Shown piece by piece: positions 10,151 through 20,976 of a stretch of DNA of 64,000 nucleotides. Position numbers and translations under genes: made by a program. The stretch's first letter is position 1, and the number at the start of each line of letters is the position of its first letter. Below the pieces are notes generated by a model. The model had not been told where the DNA came from. It saw only the letters and a program-made list of their open reading frames with translations, and made no database searches. The DNA comes from Pseudonocardiales bacterium (GTDB taxonomy: Bacteria > Actinomycetota > Actinomycetes > Mycobacteriales > Pseudonocardiaceae): the NCBI GenBank assembly GCA_032230565.1, contig JAVXWL010000102.1, positions 21,743 to 85,742 on the forward strand, written 5' to 3'.

Positions 10151-11911
10151 GTGTCGAAGCGAACGCAGCGCGAGAAGCACAGGCCCGCGAAGCGACGGCC
10201 GGGCCACGGGAAGCCCTCCCGGCAGCGCGCCCGGCGCGAGCAGCCCGACCTGATGGGAGATGTCGCGGTCGCCCTCGCTGACGACCACCCATTTGCGCTT
10301 ATGTCGCTAGTCAGCTCGCTGCTCGCGGCTTTGGAACCCCGGCGAGCCAGCCCGTTCGAGCAGCCGCCGGATCCTGACGTGCCGACCGTCGACGAGCTGG
10401 TGCGGACCTTCCTCGACGTCGACCTGGTCGAGACCTCCGCGCTGCTGACGGTGATCGCCGAGCTGTCCGGTGACGACATCATGCGGCGCCGGATCCGCCG
10501 GGAGATCACCCAGCGGGCGCATGCGCTGCCCGAATGGCTCACTGAGCTTGGCAAGACCACCGTCGCGGGAGTCGTCGAGATGGTCCACGTGCTCGGCGAC
10601 GGCGACAACATCATGATCGGGTTGGATTTACCCGGCGATTGCGCGCTATCCGTCGTGGTCTACATCGACCACAACATGGGCACGCTGGTCAAGGACGCCT
10701 TCGCCGTCCCGGAACCGCTGGACGCGCTGATCGAGACCATGCGGAACGTCGGCGACGACCAGGACACGACATGGACAGATTTCACCCCTGCCGATGCCCG
10801 CGCCCGGATCCGCGACGCGGTAGAGCAGGGGGCTATTACCTTCCCGCCGTTCGAGACCGATAGCTGGCCCGCCTGCCGCCCACTCGTTGAGTGGGCCATT
10901 GGCATGCTCCCCGCCGGTGGCACCGGCTACCAGCGTCCGCATTATGACGCCAACGCGCTGAGCGAGCTCACCGAGCGCTTCCTCGCTTCCCCGCTCGGGG
11001 GCGGTCTCAATGACGCTGACCACCGGGGCCTGCTCGAGTCAGTGCTGTGGTTCGGCACCGACTACGGACCGGGGGATCCGCTGCGATGGAGCCCGGTGGC
11101 CGTGGAGATCCTGCTCATCGACTGGATACCTCGCAAGATCGTCGCCGATGCGGCCTACCTCTCCAAAGTTCCCGACCTGCTGCGGGCCTTCATCCGGTTC
11201 TGTCACCATGAGCGCGGCATCCGGGCGGCGCTCACCGCCGACACCCTCGCCGCGGTGGACAAACACGAGCCGGAGTACCAGCTGACGATTCGATCAGCGC
11301 GGCCGCAGGGGCTGGCCGCGATGGGGGCGTTCAATCCCGACGGGCCGTGGCCGCTTCTCGAAACCGAACTACCAAGCTTTCCGGAGGCCATGCTCGATAC
11401 CCTCCGCCGCGCCGTCGGCGGCGGTGAATCACTGGACAACCTCGATACGGCGCCGCTTCCCGACGAGCCTTTCCGCTGGGACCCCATTCCCCCCGACATC
11501 CACGACCGGGTGGCCGAAGTGCTCCGGCTGGTCGACCGGTGCTGTGACGAGCTACTCGATGTCGAGTACCGCACGGCCTGCCGCCGTTACCTTGGCCGCG
11601 CGGCGGTCGCCGACCCCGAGATTTTCCGGCGCCGCAGCCGGGCCGAGACCGCCGCGGCGGCAATCTGCTGGTGCATTGGGAAGGCCAATCACCTGTTCAC
11701 TGCTGAGATGCTGGTCAAGGACCTGATGGGTCACTTCGGCATCGGCCAGGGCAGCGTCTCCCAGCGCAGCGAGCCCCTGCTGCGCGCAATCGGCGTCGAT
11801 CCCCACGCCCAGTACGGGGGCATGAACCTCGGCTCGCCCGACTATCTCACCTCAGGCCGCCGGGAACGGATCCGCGCTCTGCGCGACCAGTACCGAGCCA
11901 TGGACAGTTAG
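10151..11911 (+). CDS. conserved hypothetical protein with strongly basic N-terminus
   Basis: 586-aa ORF with good high-GC codon usage. The N-terminal 35 aa are Arg/Lys-rich. I recognise no catalytic motif. Confidence 0.6.
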   Translation: MSKRTQREKHRPAKRRPGHGKPSRQRARREQPDLMGDVAVALADDHPFALMSLVSSLLAALEPRRASPFEQPPDPDVPTVDELVRTFLDVDLVETSALLTVIAELSGDDIMRRRIRREITQRAHALPEWLTELGKTTVAGVVEMVHVLGDGDNIMIGLDLPGDCALSVVVYIDHNMGTLVKDAFAVPEPLDALIETMRNVGDDQDTTWTDFTPADARARIRDAVEQGAITFPPFETDSWPACRPLVEWAIGMLPAGGTGYQRPHYDANALSELTERFLASPLGGGLNDADHRGLLESVLWFGTDYGPGDPLRWSPVAVEILLIDWIPRKIVADAAYLSKVPDLLRAFIRFCHHERGIRAALTADTLAAVDKHEPEYQLTIRSARPQGLAAMGAFNPDGPWPLLETELPSFPEAMLDTLRRAVGGGESLDNLDTAPLPDEPFRWDPIPPDIHDRVAEVLRLVDRCCDELLDVEYRTACRRYLGRAAVADPEIFRRRSRAETAAAAICWCIGKANHLFTAEMLVKDLMGHFGIGQGSVSQRSEPLLRAIGVDPHAQYGGMNLGSPDYLTSGRRERIRALRDQYRAMDS

Positions 11912-12204
11912 CCGCCAGCCATTGCGCCCACAACCATAAACGGCTCGGTGCCGGTCACCACCGCGTCGGGCAGCGGCGTGTCCGGTAGTTCGTGGGACAG
12001 GTCCTGCTCACAGGCGAAGAACCTCACGAACGCACGTCGCTGGTGTGTGACGTGATCGCGGATCGTTCCGCGCAGCACCGGGTAGCGGGTCTCCAGCGCG
12101 TCGAGCACCGCGCGCTGCGTCGCCTGACCCACAACGTGTAGCTGTACCTCGCCTTCGAGGTGCGCGAGCGTCCGCAGATGCGCGGGGAGTCTGACGCGGA
12201 TCAT
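11908..12204 (-). CDS. ThiS/MoaD-family ubiquitin-like beta-grasp protein ending in Gly-Gly
   Basis: 98 aa. It starts MIRVRLP and ends [10 protein letters not shown]-stop. Its ATG overlaps the upstream stop as ATGA (12201-12204). Confidence 0.75.
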   Translation of the reverse strand: MIRVRLPAHLRTLAHLEGEVQLHVVGQATQRAVLDALETRYPVLRGTIRDHVTHQRRAFVRFFACEQDLSHELPDTPLPDAVVTGTEPFMVVGAMAGG

Positions 12205-13316
12205 GGCAGCGTCTGAACCTCCACTGAGAGCACGGATGGCAAATCCCGGACGATAGCCCTCCAGCTGTCGCCGGCGTCGGCTGATGCGTACACCTGGCCG
12301 CCGGTCGTTCCGAAGTAAATACCGCACGAATCGAGCGAGTCGATGGCCATCGCGTCACGCAATACGTTGACGTAGCAGTCGTGCTGCGGCAACCCTATGG
12401 TGAGCGGCTCCCATTCGTGTCCGCCCGTCCGGCTGCGGTACACACGCAGTTTTCCCTCGGGCGGGTAATGCTCCGAATCGCTTTTGATCGGTACGACGTA
12501 GACGGTGTCCGGCTCGTGGGCGTGCACGGCGATCGGAAACCCGAAGTCGGTCGGTAGATCACCGCTGATTTCCTGCCAGGACTCACCGGCGTCGTCGCTG
12601 CGCATCACGTCCCAGTGCTTCTGCATGAACAACACATCCGGACGCGACGGATGCATCGCGAGCCGGTGCACGCAGTGGCCGACTTCAGCCACCGGGTCCG
12701 GAATCTGTTCGGAGCGCAGACCACGGTTGGTCGGGCGCCACGTCTTGCCGGTGTCGTCGGTCCGGAACACGCCCGCCGATGAAATGGCGACGAAGATCCG
12801 CCCGGGGTCGGTCGGATGCTGAATGATCGTATGCAGGCACATCCCACCGGCACCCGGCTGCCAGAAGGATCCCGAGTCGTGGTCGCGCAGTCCCGACAGC
12901 TCCTGCCAACTCTGGGCGCCGTCGATCGAGCGGAACAGCGCGGCGTCTTCCACCCCGGCGTAAACGGCGTCCGGGTCGGTCAGTGATGGTTCGAGATGCC
13001 AGACTCGCGCGAACTCCCAGGGGTGCGGCGTGCCGTCATAGCATTGGTGGGTGCCGGGGACGCCGTCGTAGCCGAACTGGTTGCCCACCGCCTGCCACGT
13101 CGTGCCACCGTCGTCTGAGCGCTGGATCACCTGCCCGAACCAACCGCTGGACTGGGACGCATACAGGCGGTTCGCATCCGCGGGTGACCCGGTGACGTGG
13201 TAGATCTCCCAGCCAGCGAAGTGCGGACCGCTGACGTCCCAGCGCTGTCGCTTCCCGTCTGACGTCAGGACGAACGCGCCCTTGCGCGTGCCCACCAGTA
13301 CCCGTACCCCGCTCAT
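12201..13316 (-). CDS. BNR/Asp-box repeat beta-propeller protein (sialidase/Ycf48-like fold)
   Basis: 371 aa with six S-x-D-x-G-x-(T/S)-W type repeats: [50 protein letters not shown] and [10 protein letters not shown] trimmed to [13 protein letters not shown]. No signal peptide is visible. Confidence 0.75.
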   Translation of the reverse strand: MSGVRVLVGTRKGAFVLTSDGKRQRWDVSGPHFAGWEIYHVTGSPADANRLYASQSSGWFGQVIQRSDDGGTTWQAVGNQFGYDGVPGTHQCYDGTPHPWEFARVWHLEPSLTDPDAVYAGVEDAALFRSIDGAQSWQELSGLRDHDSGSFWQPGAGGMCLHTIIQHPTDPGRIFVAISSAGVFRTDDTGKTWRPTNRGLRSEQIPDPVAEVGHCVHRLAMHPSRPDVLFMQKHWDVMRSDDAGESWQEISGDLPTDFGFPIAVHAHEPDTVYVVPIKSDSEHYPPEGKLRVYRSRTGGHEWEPLTIGLPQHDCYVNVLRDAMAIDSLDSCGIYFGTTGGQVYASADAGDSWRAIVRDLPSVLSVEVQTLP

Positions 13317-13504
13317 CCGTGCTCCTTTCCCGATCGATCTGCCTGCACCATCGTTACTATGACGACCACCGGGGCACGAACTCATCGCTCATGCGACCAG
13401 CGTCGCGAGGAGGCGATGCGAGTTCACCAGCTGGTGAGCAGCCAGCCAAAGCTCCTTGCGGCGAACACCCGCGGTCGCTGACACGCGGCGTAGGATGGGC
13501 GCTC

Positions 13505-14488
13505 GTGGCGATCCGTTCCGATACCGTCGGCAGTAGCGAAATCCGGTCAGAGGACCTGGAACAATACCGCCGGGAACTTACCGGTTACTGCTACCGGATG
13601 CTCGGCTCCTTCTTCGAGGCCGAGGACGCCGTGCAAGACACGATGGTCCGGGCCTGGCGGGGTGCTGGCGGCTTCGAGGGCCGGTCCGCCCTGCGGTCGT
13701 GGCTCTACCGCATCGCCACCAACGTGTGCCTTGACATGCTGCGTGGCCGCGATCGGCGGGCCCGGCCGATGGATCTGGGACCGTCCTCAACGGCGGATTC
13801 CGCCCTCGGGCCAGTGCTGCCCGAGCACGCGTGGTTGCAGCCCGTCCCGGATGCCCGGGTCCTGCCCGGCGATGGCGACCCGGCCGAGCTGGCAGTGGCG
13901 AAGGAGACTATTCGCCTGGCGTTCGTCACAGCACTCCAGCACCTCCCCGCCAAACAGCGAGCGGTGCTGATCCTGCGCGAGGTGCTTCGCTGGCAGGCAA
14001 CCGAGGTAGCCGAGCTGCTCGAGACCAGCGTGGCCTCAGTGAACAGCGCGCTGCAGCGAGCGCGGGGCACCCTCGCGGCCCACAACTCCGACGCCTCCCC
14101 CTTGCCTGTGGTCGACGCCGACCAGCGCGCACTACTCGCCCGGTACATCGACGCCTTCGAACGCTACGACATCAGCGCGCTGGTATCGCTACTGCACGAC
14201 GACGCCGTCATGTCGATGCCGCCCTATGACTTCTGGCTGCGTGGACCGGTCGAGATGGGCCGGTGGTTCCTCGGCCAGGGCTGCGGGTGCCGTGGCTCGC
14301 GCCTGGTGCCGACTGCGGCCAGTGGCAGTCCCGCATTCGGCTCTTACCGTCCGGATGGCCACGGCGGCTTCCAGCCGTTCGCGCTTCAGGTCATAGAGAT
14401 TTCAGGCGACCGGATCGTCGGGCATCACAACTTCCTCGACACCGATCTGTTCGCTGCCTTCGGCCTGCCCGCGCGACTGCCGGCATAG
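13505..14488 (+). CDS. ECF sigma factor, SigG-like, with NTF2/SnoaL-like C-terminal domain
   Basis: Region 2 reads AEDAVQDTMVRAW and SWLYRIATNVCLDMLR. Region 4 reads LPAKQRAVLILREVLRWQATEVAELLETSVASVNSALQRAR. A C-terminal extension of about 130 aa follows. The start is the GTG at 13505. Confidence 0.8.
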   Translation: MAIRSDTVGSSEIRSEDLEQYRRELTGYCYRMLGSFFEAEDAVQDTMVRAWRGAGGFEGRSALRSWLYRIATNVCLDMLRGRDRRARPMDLGPSSTADSALGPVLPEHAWLQPVPDARVLPGDGDPAELAVAKETIRLAFVTALQHLPAKQRAVLILREVLRWQATEVAELLETSVASVNSALQRARGTLAAHNSDASPLPVVDADQRALLARYIDAFERYDISALVSLLHDDAVMSMPPYDFWLRGPVEMGRWFLGQGCGCRGSRLVPTAASGSPAFGSYRPDGHGGFQPFALQVIEISGDRIVGHHNFLDTDLFAAFGLPARLPA

Positions 14489-14779
14489 GCGGGCATCGGT
14501 CCCGAGCTCGCCCAGCCCAACCAGGTCGAGCAGCTCGCACAACTCCCTGCAGGCAGCACGCAGCTGGATCGAGCAGCCCACACGCCGGGCTGCGAGTTGT
14601 AACCGCGCCAGCTCGTTCACCGCGGCAAGGTCAGGACGATCCAAACCGGCCAGCGGCCAGCTCGCCACCTCGACATCACCGCAGACGAGCACCACCAGCG
14701 CGGCGGAGTCTGCTCGCCGCACACCTCTTTGACGACGACGGGCTGCAGAACTTATCGGCTGCACCGATGAGGGTTCCAT
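14402..14779 (-). CDS. STAS-domain-like small protein (possibly N-terminally truncated)
   Basis: The core VVLVCGDVEV...PDLAAVNELARLQLAARRVGCSIQLRAACRELCELLDLVGL resembles anti-sigma-antagonist STAS proteins. The tail RGQAEGSEQIGVEEV matches a tail I recall in this actinobacterial family. It overlaps the sigma gene 3' end by 87 bp. Confidence 0.4.
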   Translation of the reverse strand: MEPSSVQPISSAARRRQRGVRRADSAALVVLVCGDVEVASWPLAGLDRPDLAAVNELARLQLAARRVGCSIQLRAACRELCELLDLVGLGELGTDARLCRQSRGQAEGSEQIGVEEVVMPDDPVA

Positions 14780-14825
14780 CCCCGCGATGGTTTGCTGGCA
14801 TTCAAGCTGGTGGAGCCGCGTGCTG

Positions 14826-15773
14826 CTAGAGCGGCCATCCGTATCTCACGGCCAGCGGGGTCCAGCCCAGCATCGAATCAACGGCGATGGCCACGAACAG
14901 CAGCGTCAGGTAGGTATTGGATAGGTGGAAAAGCCGCATAGGTTTGACCGCCACACCTCGCCGCACCGCCGCGTGTAGGCGGTGCGCCATGGCCACGAAC
15001 CAACCCCCGGCGAGCACCGCCACCGTGGCATAAACCCAGCTCGTCGCACCTACCAGCAGCAGGCTCCACGCCACCATCAGCCAGCTGAACACCACGATCT
15101 GGCGCGTCACGTACACCGGAGAAGCGACCGCGGGCAGCATCGGCACGCCAACGCGCTGATAATCCTCACGAAACCTCATCGCCAGCGCCCAGGTGTGCGG
15201 CGGAGTCCAAAAAAAGATCACTCCGAACATCACCCACGCTGGCCACGCCACCGTGCCGGTGACGGCCGACCAACCGATCACTACCGGCATGCAGCCAGCA
15301 GCGCCTCCCCAAATGATGTTCTGTGCGGTGCGCCGCTTGAGCAGCAACGTGTAGACGAAGACGTAGAACAGAATCGTCGCTACCGCCAGCGCCGCGGAGA
15401 GCAGGTTGGTAGTTGCCCACAACCATCCGAAAGCGGCAAAGCCCAATGCGATCCCAAAAATCAGCGCATGGCGGACGGGGATCTGGTGGGTGACCAGTGG
15501 CCGGGCCCTGGTGCGATGCATTTCGGCATCGATATCCGCATCGACGACGCAGTTGAGCGCGTTCGCGCTACCCGCGGCCATACTGCCGCCCACCAGAGTG
15601 GCCAGTACCAGCCACAACGACGGCATTCCACGGGCGGCTAACAACATCGCCGGTATGGTAGTGACTAACAGTAACTCGATCACTCGCGGCTTGGTCAAGG
15701 CGAGATAGCCGCGTAGCACGCCGCCAACCCGCTCCGTTCGCGGTGTTACCGGAGCCTGGACGGTGCTGCTCAC
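14826..15773 (-). CDS. ctaB: protoheme IX farnesyltransferase (heme O synthase)
   Basis: 315-aa polytopic membrane protein with [13 protein letters not shown] and the UbiA-type Asp-rich motif NCVVDADID. It lies divergent from tkt, as in mycobacteria. Confidence 0.9.
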   Translation of the reverse strand: MSSTVQAPVTPRTERVGGVLRGYLALTKPRVIELLLVTTIPAMLLAARGMPSLWLVLATLVGGSMAAGSANALNCVVDADIDAEMHRTRARPLVTHQIPVRHALIFGIALGFAAFGWLWATTNLLSAALAVATILFYVFVYTLLLKRRTAQNIIWGGAAGCMPVVIGWSAVTGTVAWPAWVMFGVIFFWTPPHTWALAMRFREDYQRVGVPMLPAVASPVYVTRQIVVFSWLMVAWSLLLVGATSWVYATVAVLAGGWFVAMAHRLHAAVRRGVAVKPMRLFHLSNTYLTLLFVAIAVDSMLGWTPLAVRYGWPL

Positions 15774-16048
15774 CGCGCTCCCGCAAGCAGTAATCGACAG
15801 GGCCCAGGTGCTCGACTCACCGTCGCCCCTCCTGATGACGAGTCTCGGACAGCGCAGGACTGAGCGGCGGCCCGGGCGGGTATTCCTTTATTCGGAAATG
15901 GTAGTCGGGTGGCGCGCGTCACGCCCGGTCGGGGCACCCGGTCGATGCGTCCACTCTGGTCGCCACCTGGCTAGGGTGGATCGCAGAGATCGGCCCGGCA
16001 GGTTATCCGCGCCGGGCCACCGGACCGAGCACAGTCAGGAGCACGAGC

Positions 16049-18163
16049 GTGTCCGTCACCGACGATCTGACCCAGCTCATCACCCCCCGGGTGCCCGACG
16101 ACTGGACCGATCTAGACACCCGCGCGGTGGACACCATCCGGGTGCTCGCCGCTGACGCTGTCCAGCGCGTCGGCAACGGCCACCCCGGCACCGCCATGAG
16201 CCTCGCTCCGCTGGCATACACATTGTTCCAACGCGTTCTGCGGCACGATCCCACCGACCCGGCGTGGACCGGACGAGATCGGTTCGTACTCTCGGCCGGG
16301 CACTCCAGCCTGACTCTGTACTTGCAACTCTTCCTGTCGGGATACGGGCTGGAACTGGAGGATATCGAGCAGTTGCGCACGTGGGGCTCTAAGACCCCGG
16401 GCCATCCCGAATATGGGCACACCGTCGGAGTCGAGATCACCACCGGGCCGCTCGGCCAAGGCCTGGCCGCCGCGGTGGGCATGGCCATGGCGGCTCGCCG
16501 TGAGCGCGGCCTGTTCGATCCCGACGCCGCACCGGGTGAGAGCACCTTCGACCACTACATCTACGCCGTCGCCTCCGACGGCGACATCCAGGAGGGCGTC
16601 ACTTCCGAGGCCTCCTCGCTGGCCGGCACCCAGGAGCTCGGCAACCTTGTCGTGTTCTACGACGACAACGAGATCTCCATCGAGGATGACACCGCGATCG
16701 CGCTGTCAGAGAACACCGCCGCGCGGTACGAGGCGTATGGCTGGCACGTGCAGACCGTCATGGGCGGCGAAGACGTCGTCGGCATTCTCAACGCGATCGA
16801 CGCAGCCAAGGCCGAAACTGACCGCCCGTCGATGATCGTGTTACGGACCGTGATCGCCTACCCCGCGCCGAAGAAGATGAATACCGGGGCTGCACATGGG
16901 TCCGCACTCGGCGATGAGGAGGTGGCCGCGGTGAAGGTGGCGCTGGGCTTTGACCCGGAGCGGTCTTTCGCCGTGGAGCCCGAGGTGCTGGAGCACGCCC
17001 GGCAGGTCATCGCGCGAGGCCAGGCAGCGCATGCGCGGTGGCAGAGCTCGTTTGACTCCTGGCGGCAGGACCACCCCTCGAGGGCAGCGCTGTTCGACCG
17101 GCTGATTAACCGAGAGCTACCGGCGGGCTGGGCGGAGAAGTTGCCCACCTGGCAACCCGACGCCAAGGGTATCGCCACTCGCAAGGCGTCCGGGGAGGTA
17201 CTGTCAGCCATCGGCGAGGTGCTGCCGGAGTTGTGGGGTGGGTCGGCTGACCTCGGTGAAAGCAACCTCACCACGATCAAGGGCGCTGACTCGTTCGGAC
17301 CCGAGAAGATTTCCACGAAGATGTGGAACGCGCAGCCCTACGGCCGCACCCTGCACTTCGGGGTCCGCGAGCATGCCATGGGCGCGATTCTCAACGGGAT
17401 CGTGCTGCATGGACCGACCCGGCCCTACGGCGGCACATTCCTCATCTTCAGCGACTACATGCGCCCAGCCGTGCGGCTAGCTGCGCTGATGAAGGCGCCG
17501 ACCACCTACGTCTGGACCCACGACTCGATCGGTCTCGGTGAGGACGGCCCCACCCATCAGCCAGTCGAGCAGCTGGCCTCTCTGCGCGCCATCCCGGGGC
17601 TGGATGTGGTTCGGCCCGCCGATGCCAACGAGACCGCGGCGGCCTGGAAAGCACTGCTGGAGAAGGGCACCCGACCCACCGGCCTGTGCCTGACCCGGCA
17701 GAACGTGCCCGTACTGGAAGGCACCGACGGTGCGGGCGTCACGCGCGGCGGCTACGTGCTCGCCGACACCGCGACCGAGCTCGGCGGCGGCCTGCCCGAC
17801 GTACTGCTGATCGCCACCGGCTCCGAAGTGCAGTACGCCGTCGCCGCCCAGCAGACGCTGGCCGCCGAGGGAATCAGCGCCCGGGTGGTGTCGATGCCCT
17901 GCGTGGAGTGGTTCGACGAGCAGGGCGAGGCCTACTGCGACCAGATACTTCCTCCGGCGGTGAAAGCTCGGGTGGCCGTCGAGGCCGGCATCGCGATGCC
18001 GTGGCACCGTTTCGTAGGCGATCACGGCGAGGTGGTCTCGCTGGAGCATTTCGGTGCTTCCGCCGACTGGCAGACCCTCTACCGCGAATTCGGCTTCACT
18101 GGCGAGGCGGTAGCCAACGCGGCCCGGCGCAGTCTGGACCACGCCAAGCGCGTCAATCATTGA
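16049..18163 (+). CDS. tkt: transketolase
   Basis: 704 aa with the ThDP motif GHPG, then GPLGQG and ASDGDIQEG. Synteny with tal also supports the call. Confidence 0.95.
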   Translation: MSVTDDLTQLITPRVPDDWTDLDTRAVDTIRVLAADAVQRVGNGHPGTAMSLAPLAYTLFQRVLRHDPTDPAWTGRDRFVLSAGHSSLTLYLQLFLSGYGLELEDIEQLRTWGSKTPGHPEYGHTVGVEITTGPLGQGLAAAVGMAMAARRERGLFDPDAAPGESTFDHYIYAVASDGDIQEGVTSEASSLAGTQELGNLVVFYDDNEISIEDDTAIALSENTAARYEAYGWHVQTVMGGEDVVGILNAIDAAKAETDRPSMIVLRTVIAYPAPKKMNTGAAHGSALGDEEVAAVKVALGFDPERSFAVEPEVLEHARQVIARGQAAHARWQSSFDSWRQDHPSRAALFDRLINRELPAGWAEKLPTWQPDAKGIATRKASGEVLSAIGEVLPELWGGSADLGESNLTTIKGADSFGPEKISTKMWNAQPYGRTLHFGVREHAMGAILNGIVLHGPTRPYGGTFLIFSDYMRPAVRLAALMKAPTTYVWTHDSIGLGEDGPTHQPVEQLASLRAIPGLDVVRPADANETAAAWKALLEKGTRPTGLCLTRQNVPVLEGTDGAGVTRGGYVLADTATELGGGLPDVLLIATGSEVQYAVAAQQTLAAEGISARVVSMPCVEWFDEQGEAYCDQILPPAVKARVAVEAGIAMPWHRFVGDHGEVVSLEHFGASADWQTLYREFGFTGEAVANAARRSLDHAKRVNH

Positions 18164-18186
18164 CCTCTACGCCGGAAGGACTCCTC

Positions 18187-19314
18187 GTGAGCAGCATCGA
18201 TACCCTGCAGGCCCTGTCCGATGCCGGCGTGTCGATCTGGCTGGACGACCTGTCCCGTCAGCGGATCAACTCAGGCAACCTGGTTGATCTGATCCGCAAG
18301 CGGCACGTGGTGGGGGTGACCAGCAACCCGACGATCTTCGCCCATGCGGTGGTCCACGCTGAGGACTACGCAGAACAGGTCAAGCAGCTGGCCGCCCGCG
18401 GCGCCTCGGTCGACGAGGCCGTGCGCGAGATCACCATCGCCGACGTACAGCAGGCCTGCGATGTGTTCAGCGGCACCTGGGAAACCACCGGCGGGGTGGA
18501 CGGCCGGGTGTCACTCGAGGTCAGCCCGCAGCTGGCGCACGATACCGATGCCACTCTCGCCCAGGCCGCCGAGTTATGGAAGCTGGTCGACCGACCCAAT
18601 TTGATGATCAAGATACCGGCGACGATGGAGGGCCTACCGGCCATTACCGGTGCGCTCGCCGACGGGATCAGCGTCAACGTCACCTTGGTGTTCTCCGTAG
18701 CGCGTTACCGGGAGGTGATGGCGGCCTTCTTCACCGGCCTGGAACAGGCCAGCGCGAACGGCTACGACCTGGCCAGGATCGCGTCGGTCGCGTCGTTCTT
18801 CGTCTCCCGGGTCGACACCGAGGTGGACAAGAGGCTCGAGGCTATCGGCACCGAGGCGGCTCTTGCGCTGCGAGGGCAGGCCGCGGTCGCCAACGCGCGG
18901 CTGGCGTACGCGGCCTACCAGCAGGAGTTCGGCACACAGCGCTGGGCTCAGCTGGAGAAGGCTGCGGCACGGCCACAGCGGCCGCTGTGGGCTTCCACCG
19001 GCGTGAAGAACCCGGCCTACCCAGATACCAAGTACGTCATCGAGCTGGCCGCTCCAGGAGTCGTCAACACAATGCCGGAGAACACCCTGCTCGCCCTCGC
19101 CGACCATGGCAAGGTGCTCGGCGACCAGGTGTCAGGCACCGCCGAGGCGGCCCAGCGCACCTTCGATGAGTTGGCCGAGGTCGGGATCGACCTCGACGAC
19201 GTGCTCATCGTGCTCGAGCGTGAGGGCGTGGAGAAGTTCGACGCATCCTGGCGCGAGCTCGGCGAGACGGTGGCCGGCCAGCTGGCCAAAGTCGCACCGG
19301 ACTCAGGAAACTGA
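18187..19314 (+). CDS. tal: transaldolase (long actinobacterial type)
   Basis: It starts at the GTG at 18187 ([24 protein letters not shown]) and contains NLMIKIPAT. The upstream 167 codons of the ORF are Arg-rich and overlap tkt out of frame. Confidence 0.9.
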   Translation: MSSIDTLQALSDAGVSIWLDDLSRQRINSGNLVDLIRKRHVVGVTSNPTIFAHAVVHAEDYAEQVKQLAARGASVDEAVREITIADVQQACDVFSGTWETTGGVDGRVSLEVSPQLAHDTDATLAQAAELWKLVDRPNLMIKIPATMEGLPAITGALADGISVNVTLVFSVARYREVMAAFFTGLEQASANGYDLARIASVASFFVSRVDTEVDKRLEAIGTEAALALRGQAAVANARLAYAAYQQEFGTQRWAQLEKAAARPQRPLWASTGVKNPAYPDTKYVIELAAPGVVNTMPENTLLALADHGKVLGDQVSGTAEAAQRTFDELAEVGIDLDDVLIVLEREGVEKFDASWRELGETVAGQLAKVAPDSGN

Positions 19315-19320
19315 CCCCGG

Positions 19321-20976
19321 ATGTCTGCACTTCCTTCGATGCCGCGGCTCACCGTCGACATCCTCTCTCCCAGCGTGGCAGCGGCGGCGGGATTTCTCGT
19401 CGACAGGCTCGTCGAGGAGCGGGTGGCCTCCTCGCTAACCGATCAGGATCCCACGCTGTGGGGTCCGCGGGCGCAGGCGGAGGCCGCCCGGCGGCTCGCC
19501 TGGGTGGCGCTTCCGCAGACCTCCCGTCCCCTGCTCGCCACGATCGATGCACTGTGGTCGCAGCTGTACGCCGATGGGATCGACCGCGTGGTGCTGGCCG
19601 GGATGGGCGGCTCGTCGTTAGCTCCGGAGGTGATCTGTGCCACGTCGGAAGTGCCGCTGACCGTGCTGGATACCACCGACCCCGGTGAAGTGGCCGACGC
19701 GCTGGCCGGTGATTTAAAGCGCACCGTGCTCGTGGTGTCCTCGAAGTCGGGGTCCACGGTGGAAACCGACAGCCACCGGCGAGTGTTCGCCGCCGCGTTC
19801 ACCAAGGCCGGGTTAGACCCGGCGGCGCACCTGGTGGTGGTGACCGACCCAGATTCACCCCTGCAGCGGATCGCGGGGGAGCAAGGCTACCGGGCGGTGA
19901 TCACCGCTGAACCGAACGTGGGTGGCCGATACTCGGCACTGACCGCGTTCGGTCTGGTCCCCGCCGGGCTAGCCAGGGCGGATATCGCGAACCTTCTCGA
20001 CGATGCGGAGTTGCAGGCGCCGTCGCTGGCTGCCGATGACCCGGCGAACCCAGCCCTGCGGCTGGCCGCCGCGCTGGCCGTCGGGCATGCCGCCGGTGCC
20101 GAGAAGGTTGTGCTCGCCGACACTGGCTCGGGGATTGTCGGTTTCGCCGACTGGGCTGAGCAACTCATCGCCGAGTCCACCGGCAAGGACGGCACCGGCC
20201 TGCTGCCGGTGGCGGTGCGTAATGCCGCCGCACCAGGCTTCGCCGACGCCGGACCGGACGCCACGCTCGTCGCGATCGGCCCGGAGGTGGGCGACGCTCC
20301 CGATGAGAGCGGTGCGGCAGCAGCAGTGACTGTTAACGGCACCCTGGGTGGACAACTGCTGCTCTGGGAGTACGCCATCGCGGTGGTCGGCCGGCTACTG
20401 GGAATCAACCCGTTCGACCAGCCTGACGTGGAAGCCGCGAAGGCCGCGGCCCGGGCGCAGCTCGACGCGTTGCACAAGTCTGCCGCTAGGCCAGCGCCTG
20501 CGTTCGTCGAAGGTGATGTCGCGGTGTACCCCGTCGGGGATTGGTTGCCTGCCGGCGTCGCCACCCTCAGCGACGCGCTGCAGGCGCTGATCATCGCTAC
20601 CCCGGCTCGGGGCTATCTCGCGGTGCAGGCATATCTGGATCGCATCGCCGACGCGTCGGCCGCCGTGCTTCGTACCGAACTTGCCCGCCGAAGCAAACTG
20701 CAGACCACCTTTGGGTGGGGTCCCCGCTACCTACACTCGACCGGCCAGTACCACAAGGGCGGCCACCAAAACGGGTCCTTCCTGCAGCTGACCGGCGCCG
20801 TCGTCACGGACATTCCAGTGCCGGGCACCGACTTCACCCTTGGCGAGCTGCAGCAGGCCCAAGCCTTGGGCGACGCTGACGTGCTCGCTGCGCGCGGCCG
20901 GCCGGTGCTGCGGGTTCATCTGCTCGACCGAGCGGCCGGGCTGGTGGCGCTGGCGCACGCGCTGGGAGAGCTATAG
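19321..20976 (+). CDS. pgi: glucose-6-phosphate isomerase
   Basis: 551 aa with VVSSKSGSTVET and the PGI signature NVGGRYSALT. Confidence 0.85.
   Translation: MSALPSMPRLTVDILSPSVAAAAGFLVDRLVEERVASSLTDQDPTLWGPRAQAEAARRLAWVALPQTSRPLLATIDALWSQLYADGIDRVVLAGMGGSSLAPEVICATSEVPLTVLDTTDPGEVADALAGDLKRTVLVVSSKSGSTVETDSHRRVFAAAFTKAGLDPAAHLVVVTDPDSPLQRIAGEQGYRAVITAEPNVGGRYSALTAFGLVPAGLARADIANLLDDAELQAPSLAADDPANPALRLAAALAVGHAAGAEKVVLADTGSGIVGFADWAEQLIAESTGKDGTGLLPVAVRNAAAPGFADAGPDATLVAIGPEVGDAPDESGAAAAVTVNGTLGGQLLLWEYAIAVVGRLLGINPFDQPDVEAAKAAARAQLDALHKSAARPAPAFVEGDVAVYPVGDWLPAGVATLSDALQALIIATPARGYLAVQAYLDRIADASAAVLRTELARRSKLQTTFGWGPRYLHSTGQYHKGGHQNGSFLQLTGAVVTDIPVPGTDFTLGELQQAQALGDADVLAARGRPVLRVHLLDRAAGLVALAHALGEL

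Noticed and set aside
15774-16048. Regulatory element in the ctaB/tkt divergent spacer
   Set aside because: I saw only generic promoter-like hexamers (for example tagggt) and no repeat or palindrome strong enough to report.
17686-18186. N-terminal 167 codons of the 542-aa ORF that contains transaldolase
   Set aside because: This part overlaps tkt out of frame and is Arg-rich nonsense. The transaldolase homology begins at the GTG at 18187, right after the tkt stop. The same logic was used to trim the ORFs at 4709-5827, 7273-9051, 12201-13385, 13319-14488, 29352-30413, 33331-35352, 48671-50146, 51565-52326 and 53818-54810.
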